From assembly GCF_006345805.1 (NCBI RefSeq), contig NC_042999.1:163184001-163248000 (forward strand): DNA of 64,000 bases. The letters run 5' to 3'. Each line of letters opens with the position of its first letter. The first letter of the stretch is position 1. The notes beneath the pieces were generated by a model. The model saw only the letters and a program-made list of their open reading frames with translations. It did no database searches and was not told where the DNA came from. Made by a program: the position numbers and the translations under genes. Of the stretch, positions 1 to 11,352 are shown piece after piece. The DNA is from Octopus sinensis (Eukaryota).

Positions 1-436
1 TCTCTCTGTTTTTCTTTCACCTCCTCCTCTCCCACTATTCTAGCCTATTATTCTGTCACTCTCTCCCTCACTCCTCCTCCCTTGCTCATGCGGCTCCCAC
101 ATGACCATCGGCCATCTTACTTGCTGGAACAAAGACGTCTTCTTGTTACTCCCCTGTCCTAGCTTGATTTATGCTTTCGCCACCACAACCTTGTTTAGGC
201 TTAGCAGCCTTTCCTGTTTGTTTTCAGTCCTGTTGGTGTTACCTATTTTGACCCTCTGCAAAATCTCAAATTTTATTTAACTTGCTTTGCAGGAGCAACT
301 GTTTTATCAAAAGCATATATTGTTGTTAAATGTTCGAAGTACAAGACTAGAAAAAAACAGCCAACAACTGATGAAGGGTCGTTCTTTATGTTCTTTGTTT
401 TGTTTTCCATTTGTGTCTTTTGTTGTTCAAAAGAAT

Positions 437-622
437 AGTTGGCACGTAAAAAGCACCCACTACACTCACGGAGTGGTTAGCGTTAGGAAGGGCATCCAGC
501 CGTAGAAACACTGCCAGATTTGACTGGGCCTGATGAAGCCTTCTGGCTTCACAGACCCCAGTAGAACCGTCCAACCCATGCTAGCATGGAAAACGGACGC
601 TAAACGACGATGATGATGATGA

Positions 623-625
<3 letters not shown>
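437..625 (+). mobile_element. RTE-type 3' end / RTE-tail SINE with (GAT)n tail
   Basis: Same family as the 3' end of the RTE LINE at 1474-2950. Ends ctaaacgacgatgatgatg. Confidence 0.7.
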
Positions 626-663
<38 letters not shown>

Positions 664-765
664 TATATATATATATGCATATATATATATGCATATATAT
701 ATATGCATATATATATATATATAATATATATATGCATATATATATATATGCATATATATATATGC

Positions 766-796
<31 letters not shown>

Positions 797-803
797 TATA
801 TGC

Positions 804-834
<31 letters not shown>

Positions 835-839
835 TATGC

Positions 840-890
<51 letters not shown>
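626..890. repeat. (TA)n microsatellite with interspersed GCA/G interruptions
   Basis: Direct reading. It produces spurious IYIY ORFs. Similar tracts lie near 2950-3245, 42420-43025 and 58870-59110. Confidence 0.95.
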
Positions 891-1076
891 GCAATTAAGG
901 ACAACTACTTAATAAGGAAAACTTAACAAGAAATTGTCAGGTAGATAGCGTAAAAACCTCATAAGAGAAAAAATTTCAAAAAATTTCGAAAATTTCGAAA
1001 AAATGAGGTTTTTACGCTATCTACCTGACAATTTCTTGTTAAGTTTTCCTTATTAAGTAGTTGTCCTTAATTGCTA
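889..1076. repeat. Perfect 74-bp inverted repeat with a 40-nt spacer
   Basis: 889-962 is the reverse complement of 1003-1076, read directly. It abuts a long (TA)n tract. Confidence 0.9.
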
Positions 1077-1240
1077 AATTTTATTCCGAAAAAACTTTTC
1101 CTCTCCCGAAATGCAATTCGTAAAAGTTTACCATTTACCCGGATGTAATATATATAAACTCACCATGTGCTTCGTTGATGTTGATCAGTTAGCTGATCGG
1201 CTTAAGCGAGGCAGGGTCGTTGTTTATTTATAATACATTC

Positions 1241-1288
1241 AGGCCTGCTGATGATTACGTAAGTATGAAATCACTGTGATACAGGCCT
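1241..1288 (+). ncRNA. Type I hammerhead ribozyme motif (C3:G8 core)
   Basis: AGGCCTG-CTGATGA-T[TAC GTAA GTA]T-GAAA-[TCA CTG TGA]-TA-CAGGCCT. 7-bp stem I, GNRA-capped stem II with a U.U first pair, 4-bp stem III, AUA triplet. Confidence 0.7.
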
Positions 1289-1473
1289 ATATTTTTAAAT
1301 GTCTTACTTTGAAAAATTGCATTCGGTGGGATTAGTAATATTTTTGGTAGAAATGACTGATTGTCCCTCTTAGCGTTTGGCATGTATATACAATGCCTCC
1401 TGGCATGTATGTATAATGCCCTCTATATATAAATATATATATATATATATATTTTATTTATATATATAGATAT

Positions 1474-2950
1474 CATCATTGTTTAACAACCACTTTCCAT
1501 GGAGGCATGGGTTGGACGGTTTAATTGAAGACTGGTTAGCCAGAGGCTGCACCAGGCTCAATCTGATATGGCAAATTTTCAACAGCTAGATGCCCTTCCT
1601 AACACCAACCACACTTGAATGTTGTTTTTCACATGCCACCAGCACGTGCCGGTAAGGCGATGCTGGCAATGATTACGCTCAAATGGTGCTTTTCACGTGT
1701 CACTGGCACGGGAGCCAGTCCCTGGCCCTGGCAAAAATCAGGCCTCGCCATGCTTTTACTGTTTCAGTGGCACGAGTGCCAATCAAGCAGTACTGTCATC
1801 GGCCATGTAAACGATTTTGATTTGTTTACACTTGCTTCAATAGGACTTTGGAAGCAAGATTCATTGTCCAATGAATGAGGGGTACTCATAAGTGGGCTGG
1901 TTGCACCTCATGTTTGGATTTGCTTTTAACGTTCCACTGGCTGGCATGAGTACCAATCAGGTGATACTGTCATCAGCCACGTCAGCGATTTTGATTTCAC
2001 TTGCCTCAATAGGTCTTCACAAGCAAGGTCCAATGAATGAGGGGTTATCCATAAGTGGGCTGGTTACACACACTGGCATAGGCCATGGGCTATTATCTCA
2101 CTTGGCTTGCCTCAGTAAGGCCCAATGTTCGAAGGTCGTGCTTCACCACCTTATCCCAGGTTCCTGGGTCTGTCTCTTCCACAGGTTCCCTCAACTGCTA
2201 GGGTGTGACACTTTTCCTCACAGCTGTCCTCATTCATTCGCAACACATGACCATACTGGCACAGTCGTCTCTCTTAAGTCCAACTTTTCTCTCAGGGCGC
2301 TTATACTATGTCGTGTATGCACACTGACATTACACATCCAGTGGAGCATACTGGCTTCATTCCTAGCAAGATTACACATGTCCTCAGCAGTCACAGCCCA
2401 TGTTTCACTGCCATGTAGCATGGCTGTTCATACACATGCGTCATACAGTCTACCTTTTACCAGCAGAGGTAGGAGCTCTCTGAACTTTGCCAGGCTATTC
2501 TTATTCGAGCACCTACACTTTCAGGGCACTCTCCCCCACTACTGACTTGGTCACCTTGGTAACGCAGAAGCTATCAACTACGTCTAGTTTTACTCTCTGG
2601 AATGACGCGGAAGTTGTTCTCTGCACATTTTCAGTGTTTATTGCTCCTGAGCATCTGCCACATACGAAATCTAACTTCCCAGTTAGCCTTCCTTTGATAT
2701 TGCTGCACCTCTTATATGTCCATAGTTTTTACCTATGTCTTTTCTACAGATCAAGCAGGGCCATGTACCTGAAGGGATTTGTGGTTTGTCTGCCTCCCTA
2801 CTTATTAGTACTTTGGTTTTAGCTAGGTTGACTCTAAGGCCCTTTGATTCTAATCCTTGCTTCCACACCTGAAACTTCTCTAGTTCTGATAGTGACTCTG
2901 CAATTAGAGCAAGGTCGTCAGCATAGAGGAGTTCCCAGGGGCATCCTGTC
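1474..2950 (-). mobile_element. 5'-truncated RTE-clade LINE (RT C-terminal part and 3' UTR)
   Basis: Minus-strand ORFs [18 protein letters not shown]...GLESKGLRVNLAKTKV and LHGSETW...EASMLHWMCNV. The tail lies on the left. Confidence 0.85.
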
Positions 2951-3195
2951 GTGTATATATACATGTATATATGTACGTATGTATGTATATAAATATATGT
3001 ATGTATGTATGTATATATATATATATATATATGTTTATGTATATATTTGTATATGTTTATGCATATATTTGTATATGTTTATGTATATATATGTATCTCT
3101 ATATATATGTACATGTATATATGTATATATATATATATATCTATGTATAGGTATCTATATGTATATATGTGTGTGTGTGTGTGTTTATATATATA

Positions 3196-3230
<35 letters not shown>

Positions 3231-3244
3231 GTATGTATATATAT

Positions 3245-4345
3245 GTATTTCATTTTTGGATTTGGTTTGCAGTCTTTACATGAGTTCGTGTATTGAAGTG
3301 TATCATTTTGTGTCTGGGGAGAGTCATTTTCTTTTTGCGCCTTATAATTTAACACACTCACTGGTAAAATTTCCACTTATTTCTCATTCTTATTTTCCTA
3401 AAATTTTCGTTGCATCTTGCAACATTTTCAGTAGTCTTGACTCTGTCCGTTATTTACACTGCGTTCCTTTTTGTTTGTTTGTGCACATGTTTGTGTGTGT
3501 GTCTATGTATATATGTATGTATGTATGTGTGTGTATGCATATGTATGTGTGTGCATCTATATGTATTCTGCATATTCATGTGCTTGTCTGTCCATGTTTG
3601 TGTGTTTTTTATGTATGTGTGCATGTTTATATATGTATGCACCTCTGTCTCCTTGTGTGTGCATGCCTTAGTATGTGTGTGTGTGTGTGTTTTGCAACTA
3701 TGTACCGTGTTTGCATGTATGGATGTGCATCTCTATATGTGTGGACACATGTCTCCATATGTGTCCTTGTGGGAAGTAGTGTGTATATATGGTCATGTGC
3801 TTCAGTCTCCATTTGTGTATGTGTGCATGTCTCTTCGTATAACCTATACACCTATCCGTCTGTATGTTGATCTATTTATTTTCATATCTATATGCTTGCA
3901 TACGTGTGCATATACACATACATACATACAAACATACACCCACCCACACATATACATACATCTATCTACATAACAGCCCACTAACTATTTTATTCTACCT
4001 GTGTAAACTGTGAGTATGGGGGTATGATATCTACTATGTGTATTTCCTATTCAGTATTGGGGAAGTTTCAATTATAAGGACGTCCTCTCGTATTTGTCTG
4101 AGTGTTGGGTCTTTTGGGTCCTTGGATAAGATGCGGATGTCAAGTTGACCCAGGTTGCCTCCATGTTGGTAGGGTATGAAATGACTGTTTTCTGTCGTCA
4201 TATTGTCTCCGATGATCATTTAGTCATTCTGCAATGCTCCTAGATGTCTCCCCTATGTACGTCATGTTCATGTCTTTATAAGCACCTTCTATGCATCTTA
4301 TGCTGTAAACTACATTTCTAGTTCTACAGTTAATTCCAGGGCAAT
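3245..4345 (-). mobile_element. 5'-truncated PLE: GIY-YIG C-terminus plus 3' terminal repeat
   Basis: ORF 4034..4219 (QHGGNLGQLDIRILSKDPKDPTLRQIRE...LNRKYT) is homologous to 44628..44966. The 3' UTR is shared with 43195-43640 and 56345-56780. Confidence 0.75.
3398..3434 (-). ncRNA. Degenerate minimal hammerhead motif in a PLE terminal repeat (family copy 1)
   Basis: Minus strand reads CTA-CTGAAAA-T-GTTGC aagat GCAAC-GAAA-ATTT-TAG. Confidence 0.5.
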
Positions 4346-4555
4346 GTATGTATGGATGGATGGATGGATGGACAGACGGACGGATCTTTCATCATCATTG
4401 CTTAGTTGATGTTTCTTTGTTTCATTTTATTTGATTTCTTTTGTTTTCCTCCCTAGGGAATTTGTTGACAAGCTTATTTCATTTACTTTCTTGTTTCTGG
4501 GCCCTTAAACTCATGGATGTCAAGGTGCCGCTGTGGCAGATCGCACCAATTGTCA

Positions 4556-4588
<33 letters not shown>

Positions 4589-4679
4589 ATTACATTAATA
4601 GCAACTGGTGTCTCTGAAGTTGCAAAAATTTGATGAATCCCAGGCCCTGTTAAGTGGAGGAAAGAAAACCAGACTAGTT

Positions 4680-4950
4680 TTCATACTTGTATGGACGGAA
4701 TGAAACTAACATTCTCTTCCTTCCTCCCAGTGCCTCCTTTTTCTCTACTGCCCCCTTAGACATCAGCGCCCACCTGGACCATCTCAACGCCCACTTTGAG
4801 AACCTTTGAGCTATGAGAACAAGGTCATCAGCATAAAGGAACTTCCAGGGGCAGCCCATTTGAAATTCCTCTGTTATTGCCTGGAAGACTATGATGAACA
4901 AGAGGGGGCTGAGGACTGATCCTTGGAGAACCCTTACTTGTACCCTGAAT
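4680..4950 (-). mobile_element. RTE RT fragment
   Basis: QGSVLSPLLFIIV...GCPWKFLYADDLVLIA. Confidence 0.7.
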
Positions 4951-5027
4951 TTATATATAGAATCAGTCAGTAGTTCATAAACCTGAGAAGTACACTCTAA
5001 AAAAGTTTATTGCAGTAATACTTAAAA

Positions 5028-5460
5028 AAAAGGTTGTTGGTTTTGGCTGGTCAGTGGGCAGCAGTTGGTTTCACACCTTAGCAGTATAGGTGACTTGTCA
5101 GATTCATTGGCTGGTGGTACATAGCCTCTCTACAACTGGAAATCAGAAGAAACCTTGGTCAGTCAGAGTTGTAAACAGAAAATTTCAAAACGAGATTCCA
5201 CCGAGCAATAATCCTTCTGGTGAGATTGAGTTATCTCCCTTGGATCGGGTCCAATCTTATCCAAACAGGGTCAGTACATGGATGACTACTGTTTCTTAGT
5301 CAGTGAACAGAGGAATTCCATGTTTTCAACTTGAATTTCCTCTGATGAGGAGGTTATATTCCTCCAGCCAATGAGTCTGATAAGTCACCTGTATCACTAA
5401 GAATATTCTAGATCCGAAACCAATGGTCACTGTCTTACCAGCTGTAACCAACAACCTTTT
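5028..5460. mobile_element. MITE-like fold-back element with imperfect long terminal inverted repeats
   Basis: aaaaggttgttggtt..gctggt at 5028 is mirrored at 5435-5460. ggtgacttgtcagattcattggctgg (about 5088) is mirrored at about 5364-5389. No TSD resolved. Confidence 0.55.
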
Positions 5461-5806
5461 GTGTGTGTGTCAGTGAGAGAAGATTATTTTTGAAAGATTA
5501 TTTCTTTGTTTTAGCTTTGAGAATAGTATTTCATACATTTGAACTGTACAGATTCGTCAATGTTCTTTGTGGTTTTCTTTAGGTGTAGCTTTTGCAGGTG
5601 AATTCCCTTCTCATCCAACTGTAACCACTCAACTAGGAATAGAAGTAGTATAAATTGTGCTTTATGTGTGAGGCTGTTCATAGCAAGGACTTTGTGCTTT
5701 GCTTAAAGGTATAACAGAAGGGCTATAATGTGGGATCTTATGACTAGATTGTAAATCCTCTATGTACCTAATCTTCACAGCTGTTGTCTTACAGTGATTA
5801 TTGTAA

Positions 5807-6203
5807 TCTTTATATATAAAAGTAAGGTTGTGTGTCTGTCTCCTACGATTTAGATTCCTAACTACTCCCACATTTTGTGGTGCAGTTTAACCAAAACCGG
5901 GTATCTTATAGTCGTGATTCATATCGAGCCCTTCTGGGTATTAGCGCACGTCTACGATGAGTCTACGATTTAAAAAATAATTTACCATCAATTTTTCCCA
6001 TTTTAATGCATTTTTTCACTATTATATAAGGGAAGTAACTCTCTAAAAATGTCTACGATGAATCAACGATTTAAAAAAAATTTACCATAATTTTTTTTCC
6101 ATTTTTAATGCATTTTTTTGCTATCTTTTGGCTATAACTCTCTAAAAATGCTTATATAGTTATTTCCTTTACAAACCCGAGCAACGCCGGGCGATACTGC
6201 TAG
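5807..6203 (+). mobile_element. Non-autonomous Helitron
   Basis: A|TC start, CTAG|T end, and a subterminal hairpin cccgagcaacgccggg. Confidence 0.8.
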
Positions 6204-6494
6204 TTATAAATATTACAAACAGTGAAAATGTAAATCATGGATTAAAATTAATGAAATCAATAGATTTTTTTAAAAAGAAAACTTTTCAGTATTTATTTTC
6301 ACAACAAATCTTGTAGAAGTTAAATTTCACATTCAAATTTAACTTTATCAAATTGGCAGTTAGAAAGAATCTTGAACATTGAAACTAACATATTTGGATT
6401 ATAATCTAAATATTAGAAATTTAAATTTCTTAACCCTAACCCTGTTGTAAACTTTGAAAGAAATAACTTATTTTTTATATAATAATAATAATAA

Positions 6495-6740
6495 TAATGA
6501 AATTATTGTATAGAGTGCTCAGGTGCACCACAACTTGTCAGAAAGTGCGTGTAGAGTATATGCAGTAATGTAGAAATGTCTGGAAAGCGAACAATGTATG
6601 AGTCAGATACATGCTTGCGTGTGTATGGAGGGGAGAAAATCAGGTGTAGTGTTGGCGAATCTCAGGAAGCATGGAAGTTTTGAAGGATGCAGTGCTCCGA
6701 CAACTAACAACTGATGCCGGCAGTTTGTTCCATATCTTCC
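6495..6740 (-). mobile_element. CR1-like LINE 3' end fragment
   Basis: Reverse complement of the 15730-15960 3' end (WNKLPASVVSCRSTASFKTSML, tail ttattatt). Confidence 0.75.
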
Positions 6741-6868
6741 AGCATATTGTATTTCTCTGTTTTCTTCAGCTGTCACTATCCATTTCTTTGTTGTTGTTGT
6801 TTTCTGAACTGGATAAAATGTTGATATCATTCCTATTTAATAATTAAATTTATTTTTTTTTTACATAG

Positions 6869-6917
6869 GTTTATGGGTGTGTGTGTTCACGAGGGTCAGC
6901 TCCATGCTTTAACAGAG
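6869..6917 (+). CDS. TESK: TESK-family kinase, first exon visible in the window: (R)FMGVCVHEGQLHALTE
   Basis: Acceptor ttttttacatag, donor gtattt. The translation matches the TESK/LIMK N-lobe end FMGVCVHxGQLHALTE. 49 nt, starts phase 2, ends phase 0. Confidence 0.9.
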
Positions 6918-7115
6918 GTATTTAAACATTTCTTTCAATATTTTAATGATCCTCAAATGTCAATTTCTTAATGTATATTTCTATGCAATACACTCAACAT
7001 TATGAAGGAGGACACCATAATGGATGGCAAAGAAAGATTGTGATCTTTTTCTGTTTAACACATTACTCTTTTGACACTCTTAAACTAAATGCAACTATTA
7101 ATTTTATTTTGGTAC

Positions 7116-7525
7116 TCTCTCTCTTTTACTCTTTTACTTGTTTCAGTCATTTGACTGCGGCCATGCTGGAGCCACCGCCTTTAGTCGAGCAAATCGACCC
7201 CGGGACTTATTCTTTGTAAGCCCAGTACTTATTCTATCAGTCTCTTTTGCCGAACCACTAAGTGACGGGGACGTAAACACACCAGCATCGGTTGTCAAGC
7301 AATGCTAGGGAGACAAACACAGACACACAAACACACACACGCATATATATATACATATATACGACGGGCTTCTTTCAGTTTCCGTCTACCAAATCCACTC
7401 ACAAGGCATTGGTCGGCCCGGGGCTATAGCAGAAGACACTTGCCCAAGGTGCCACGCAGTGGGACTGAACCCGGAACCATGTGGTTGGTAAGCAAGCTAC
7501 TTACCACACAGCCACTCCTGCGCCT
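7116..7525 (-). mobile_element. tRNA-headed SINE, family A
   Basis: Head aggcgcaggagtggctgtgtggtaag...ggttccgggttcagtccc (box A/B-like), central TA/GT microsatellite, tail aaaagag. Confidence 0.8.
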
Positions 7526-7706
7526 AGTACAGTAACATTTCTTTTGTAAAAAGTAAGAGAATAATTGGCACAATTAATTCCAATAGCAATACATAGTGTG
7601 TATGATTTGAACTCTTAACATAGCAAGAGGAAATTAAAATTACCAGGTATTTAATGTCGTGCTCTTTTTATCTTATTTTATTTATCACTTTCATTGAATT
7701 ATATAA

Positions 7707-8102
7707 TCTTTATATATAAAAGAGAGGTTGTGTGCTGTTTGTCTCCTACGATTTAAATTCCTAACTACTCCCACATTTTGCGGTGCAGTTTAACCAAAAC
7801 CGGGTATCTTATAGTCGTGATTCATATCGAGCCCTTCTGGGTATTAGCGCGCGTCTACGATGAGTCTACGATTTAAAAAAAACTTACCATCAATTTTTCC
7901 CATTTTTAATGCATTTTTGGCATATACAAGGGAAGTAACTCTCTAAAAATTTATTATTAAATCTCAGAACGTAAAAAGCTACAGTAACACCCACTCCTTT
8001 GTGGTTAGCCGTATTGAGATGGCTATTATACTTTACATCTCTAAAAATGCTTATATAGTTATTTCCCTTACAAACCCCAGCAACGCCGGGCGATACTGCT
8101 AG
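7707..8102 (+). mobile_element. Non-autonomous Helitron, same family as 5807-6203
   Basis: A|TC...CTAG|T. It shares the 5' ~250 bp and 3' ~65 bp with the first copy; the middle differs. Confidence 0.8.
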
Positions 8103-8235
8103 TTATTATATAAACACTTTTAAATTCAAGTAAACTATTACATTAATTTCTGCCTCAGTAGCTCCAGTATTTTACCCCATTATGATTTTAAGAAAGAACT
8201 GCTTCAACAGTATAAATTAGAAGAAAGCTAATCAT

Positions 8236-9176
8236 AGGCACAGGAGTGGCTGTGTGGTAAGTAGCTTGCTTACCAACCACGTGGTTCCGGGTTCAGTCCC
8301 ACTGCATGGCACCTTGGGCAAGTGTCTTCTACTATAGCCTCGGGCCGACCAAAGCCTTGTGAGTGGATTTGGTAGACGGAAACTGAAAGAAGCCCCTCGT
8401 ATCATCATCATCATCGTTTAGCGTCCGTTTTCCATGCTAGCATGGGTTGGACGGTTCAACTGGGGTCTGTGAAGCCGGAAGACTTCATCAGGCCCAGTCA
8501 GATCTGGCAGTGTTTCTACGGCTGGATGCCCTTCCTAACGCCAACCACTCCGTGAGTGTAGTGGATGCTTTTTACGTGCCACCCGCACAGGTGCCAGACA
8601 GAGCTGGCAAACGGCCACGAACGGATGGTGCTTTTTTATGTGCCACCGGCACGGGGGCCAGGCGAGGCTGGCAACGGACACGAACGGATGGTGCTTTTTA
8701 CGTGCCACCGACACGAGGCCAGTTGGGGCGGCGCTGGCAACGGTCACGAACGGATGGTTCTCTTACATGTCACCGGCACTGGTAACACATCTGCAATTTC
8801 CACTGATCGATTTCGATTCTGATCCTCACTTGCCTCAACAGGTCTTCACAAGTAGAGTTTTGTGTCCCAAGAAGGGAAGGTATGCATACGTAGGCTGGCT
8901 CCATCCCATGTAGAAGGCCACGGGTTATATATATATATATATATATGTGTGTATGTGCGTGTATGTTTGTGTGTCTGTGTTTGTCCCCCTAGCATTGCTT
9001 GACAACCGATGCTGGTGTGTTTATGTCCCCGTCACCTAGCGGTTCGGCAAAAGAGACCGATAGAATAAGTACTGGGCTTACAAAGAATAAGTCCCAGGGT
9101 CGAGTGGCTCGACTAAAGGCAGTGCTCCAGCATGGCCGCAGTCAACTGACTGAAACAAGTAAAAGAGTAAAGAGTA
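8236..9176 (+). mobile_element. Family A SINE interrupted by an RTE-tail element (8401-8915, minus strand, with internal tandem repeats)
   Basis: Family A 5' half at 8236-8399 and 3' half at about 8925-9176, with the insert at the central microsatellite. Confidence 0.75.
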
Positions 9177-10105
9177 TAGGCAACTAAACATCATGAGAAA
9201 GATGACAAAAGATTCCAGTGATAAGCATGCTGTGCTTGAGAAGCATAGGAAAAATGCATGTGTAATGATGATATAAGTCATCACTTTTCATAACATAAAC
9301 TCATTAGTTGCATTTTATATTACAGTCATTTTTAAACATGTATTGTAGTAGTTTAACTGCAGCTCAATCATAGACAAGCAAACTAGCGTTGAAAGATATT
9401 TTACCCATGACCTCCCATCTTTCTTTTTCCAGATAGTGTATCTAAGACTACATTACCAAATATACTCTATATGTAATCTATATTTTTATATAGATGTGGT
9501 TTGAGAGAGATTTGACAGCTTTTCTAGTAGTTTGACCATGTAGATGGTTACTTTTCGCTCATGATATGTGTCCTAAAAATGTTGAAAGTGCTCAGTGTGG
9601 GTATTGTTCATTTAGAAATAAACAAGTTCATTTTCTGTGAAGAAGTATAAGGGTAGAAAGAATATTAACTATTAGATGCAAATATTTTACCTAAAGGTAA
9701 GCATTCCAAGGAAATGGTAGCTATTGTAAGTGAGGAACTGGAAGTGTACTCAGACTTATTGTCAATACGGAATCGAAAACTGTTACAAAGTCACTGACAA
9801 ATGTCGTGTATGAAATGCCATGGATTGTTGGCGGGAAATAATCTGCAGTAAAGCTTTACCAAAGAAAATTTATAGAAAATATACTTTGATTAAACATTAC
9901 AATGTTGAGCCTAATTGATGGTACAGGATTGAAACTTACGGGTCGATTCTGTGTTGCAGAGATTTCAGTATGACAAAGGGTGGAAGTTGTGGTGATAATT
10001 GTGGTCTTTTCTTGAGTCAGTAGTGATAGTTAATGGATGATAAAATTAGTAAGATATTAAATAAAATGTGCAATGTTGAGTTAAATCTCTTTACATTCAG
10101 AGTTC

Positions 10106-11352
10106 AAACAGCCTCTATCTCTGATTCCCAAGACAGCTTCGTGCCGAAGAGATCATGCTTGACCAACTTACTGGTAATGGAAGAATTGGTGATGCATATC
10201 CTGGATGATGGTGATGCTGTTAACATCGTTTTATTGGACTTTGCCAAAGCTTTTGACTCGGTTAACCACCGCCTATTACTTGTCAAGCTTCAAGCATATA
10301 GTTTCCATCCGGATATTGTACGATGGGTTGGTGCCTTCCTCTCAGATCGCTCCTTCCAAGTCCAAGTTAATGTTTCGCTGTCCAACATCTCCAGTGCGAG
10401 CAGTGGCATGCCTCAAGGTTCAGTGCTTGGGCCCTTATTGTTTTTAGTCTTCATAAATGACTTGCCCGACATCCTCACGCAACACACCCTTCTATTTGCC
10501 GATGATGTCAAACTGGTCGCTCCTCGCGGTGATATAGAGGATCTTCGTCGATGCCTCCACCAAGTTTGGAGATGGTCTAACGAATGGGACCTGTGTCTGA
10601 ACGTGTCAAAGTGCTGTCATCTGCCTGTTGGCTCCTCTCCTGCAACTCAACTTGATTTTGAGCCGGGTCGTCTACTGCTGGATAGGACCGATCAGGTAAA
10701 GGACCTGGGTATCTTGGTGGATTCTTCCTTTTCGCCTTCGGCCCAGTGCATCCATGCTGCCAACAAAGCACGCGGAGTTCTGTTTTTGATTCGACGGTCA
10801 CTCGGAATGCTCACTGCAGCCATATTCCTACCGCCATATTGGAGTACGGGATTCAAGCCTCTTCTCCTTATCTCCTCAAAGACATACATCATCTCGAAAG
10901 AGTCCAGAAGCTGGCTACCCGCATGGTTCTTGGTCTCAAGCATTTGTCTGATGAAGAAAGGCTGAAGACGCTCGACCTTTATTCTCTCGAAAAACGACAA
11001 TGCCATGGTGATCTCATTCTCGCTCACAACATCATAAGCGGAAAGTGTAACCTCTCGAAAGAGCTGTTCTTCACTCCTGCTCCAGAGCGTCGGCTGCGAG
11101 GTCATTCCGAAAAGTTCTATCTGCGACGATTTCATCTCAATCGAAGGAGAGGGGCTTTCTCCGTCCAGGTTGCGGATCCGTGGAATAAGCTGCCGGACGA
11201 GATAGTGAAGATGCCGACGACCGCTCGGTTCAAAGTCTCTCTTGACCAGAAATGGCCTGAACTCTTTGCAAGAACACCCTCCCTGTACATAACTCCATGT
11301 CCCCCTACATGGCCTTGCTTTTTGCTTTTTGAGCCAAAAAATTAACTTAACT
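10106..11352 (+). mobile_element. 5'-truncated CR1-clade LINE (RT and 3' end), frameshifted
   Basis: LDFAKAFDSVNH, PQGSVLGPLLF, LFADDVK, WNKLPDEIV; ttaac-repeat tail. Closely related to 20008-22340. Confidence 0.9.

Noticed and set aside
368-390. CTGATGAAGGG hammerhead-like core
   Set aside because: No closing stem II or GAAA follows.
466-926. ORFs rich in IYIY, VCVC or HTHT here and at 2844-3973, 42271-43079, 56355-56731 and 58729-59163
   Set aside because: These are translations of TA/CA/TG microsatellites.
5342-5430. CTGATGA followed by the GGAGG/CCTCC hairpin, and a separate GAAACCAATGGTC
   Set aside because: GAAA does not follow stem II and no consistent stem I forms. The segment is part of a MITE-like inverted repeat.
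1-6868. Search for the TESK N-lobe exons (GxGxxS loop, VxK, alpha-C)
   Set aside because: No candidate with matching translation and splice sites was found; the exons are assumed to lie upstream of the window.
10033-10105. ATG-initiated 310-aa ORF suggesting a domesticated RT gene or an exonised CR1
   Set aside because: The first ~24 codons are fortuitous flank. The RT is 5'-truncated and frameshifted, and there is no splice support.
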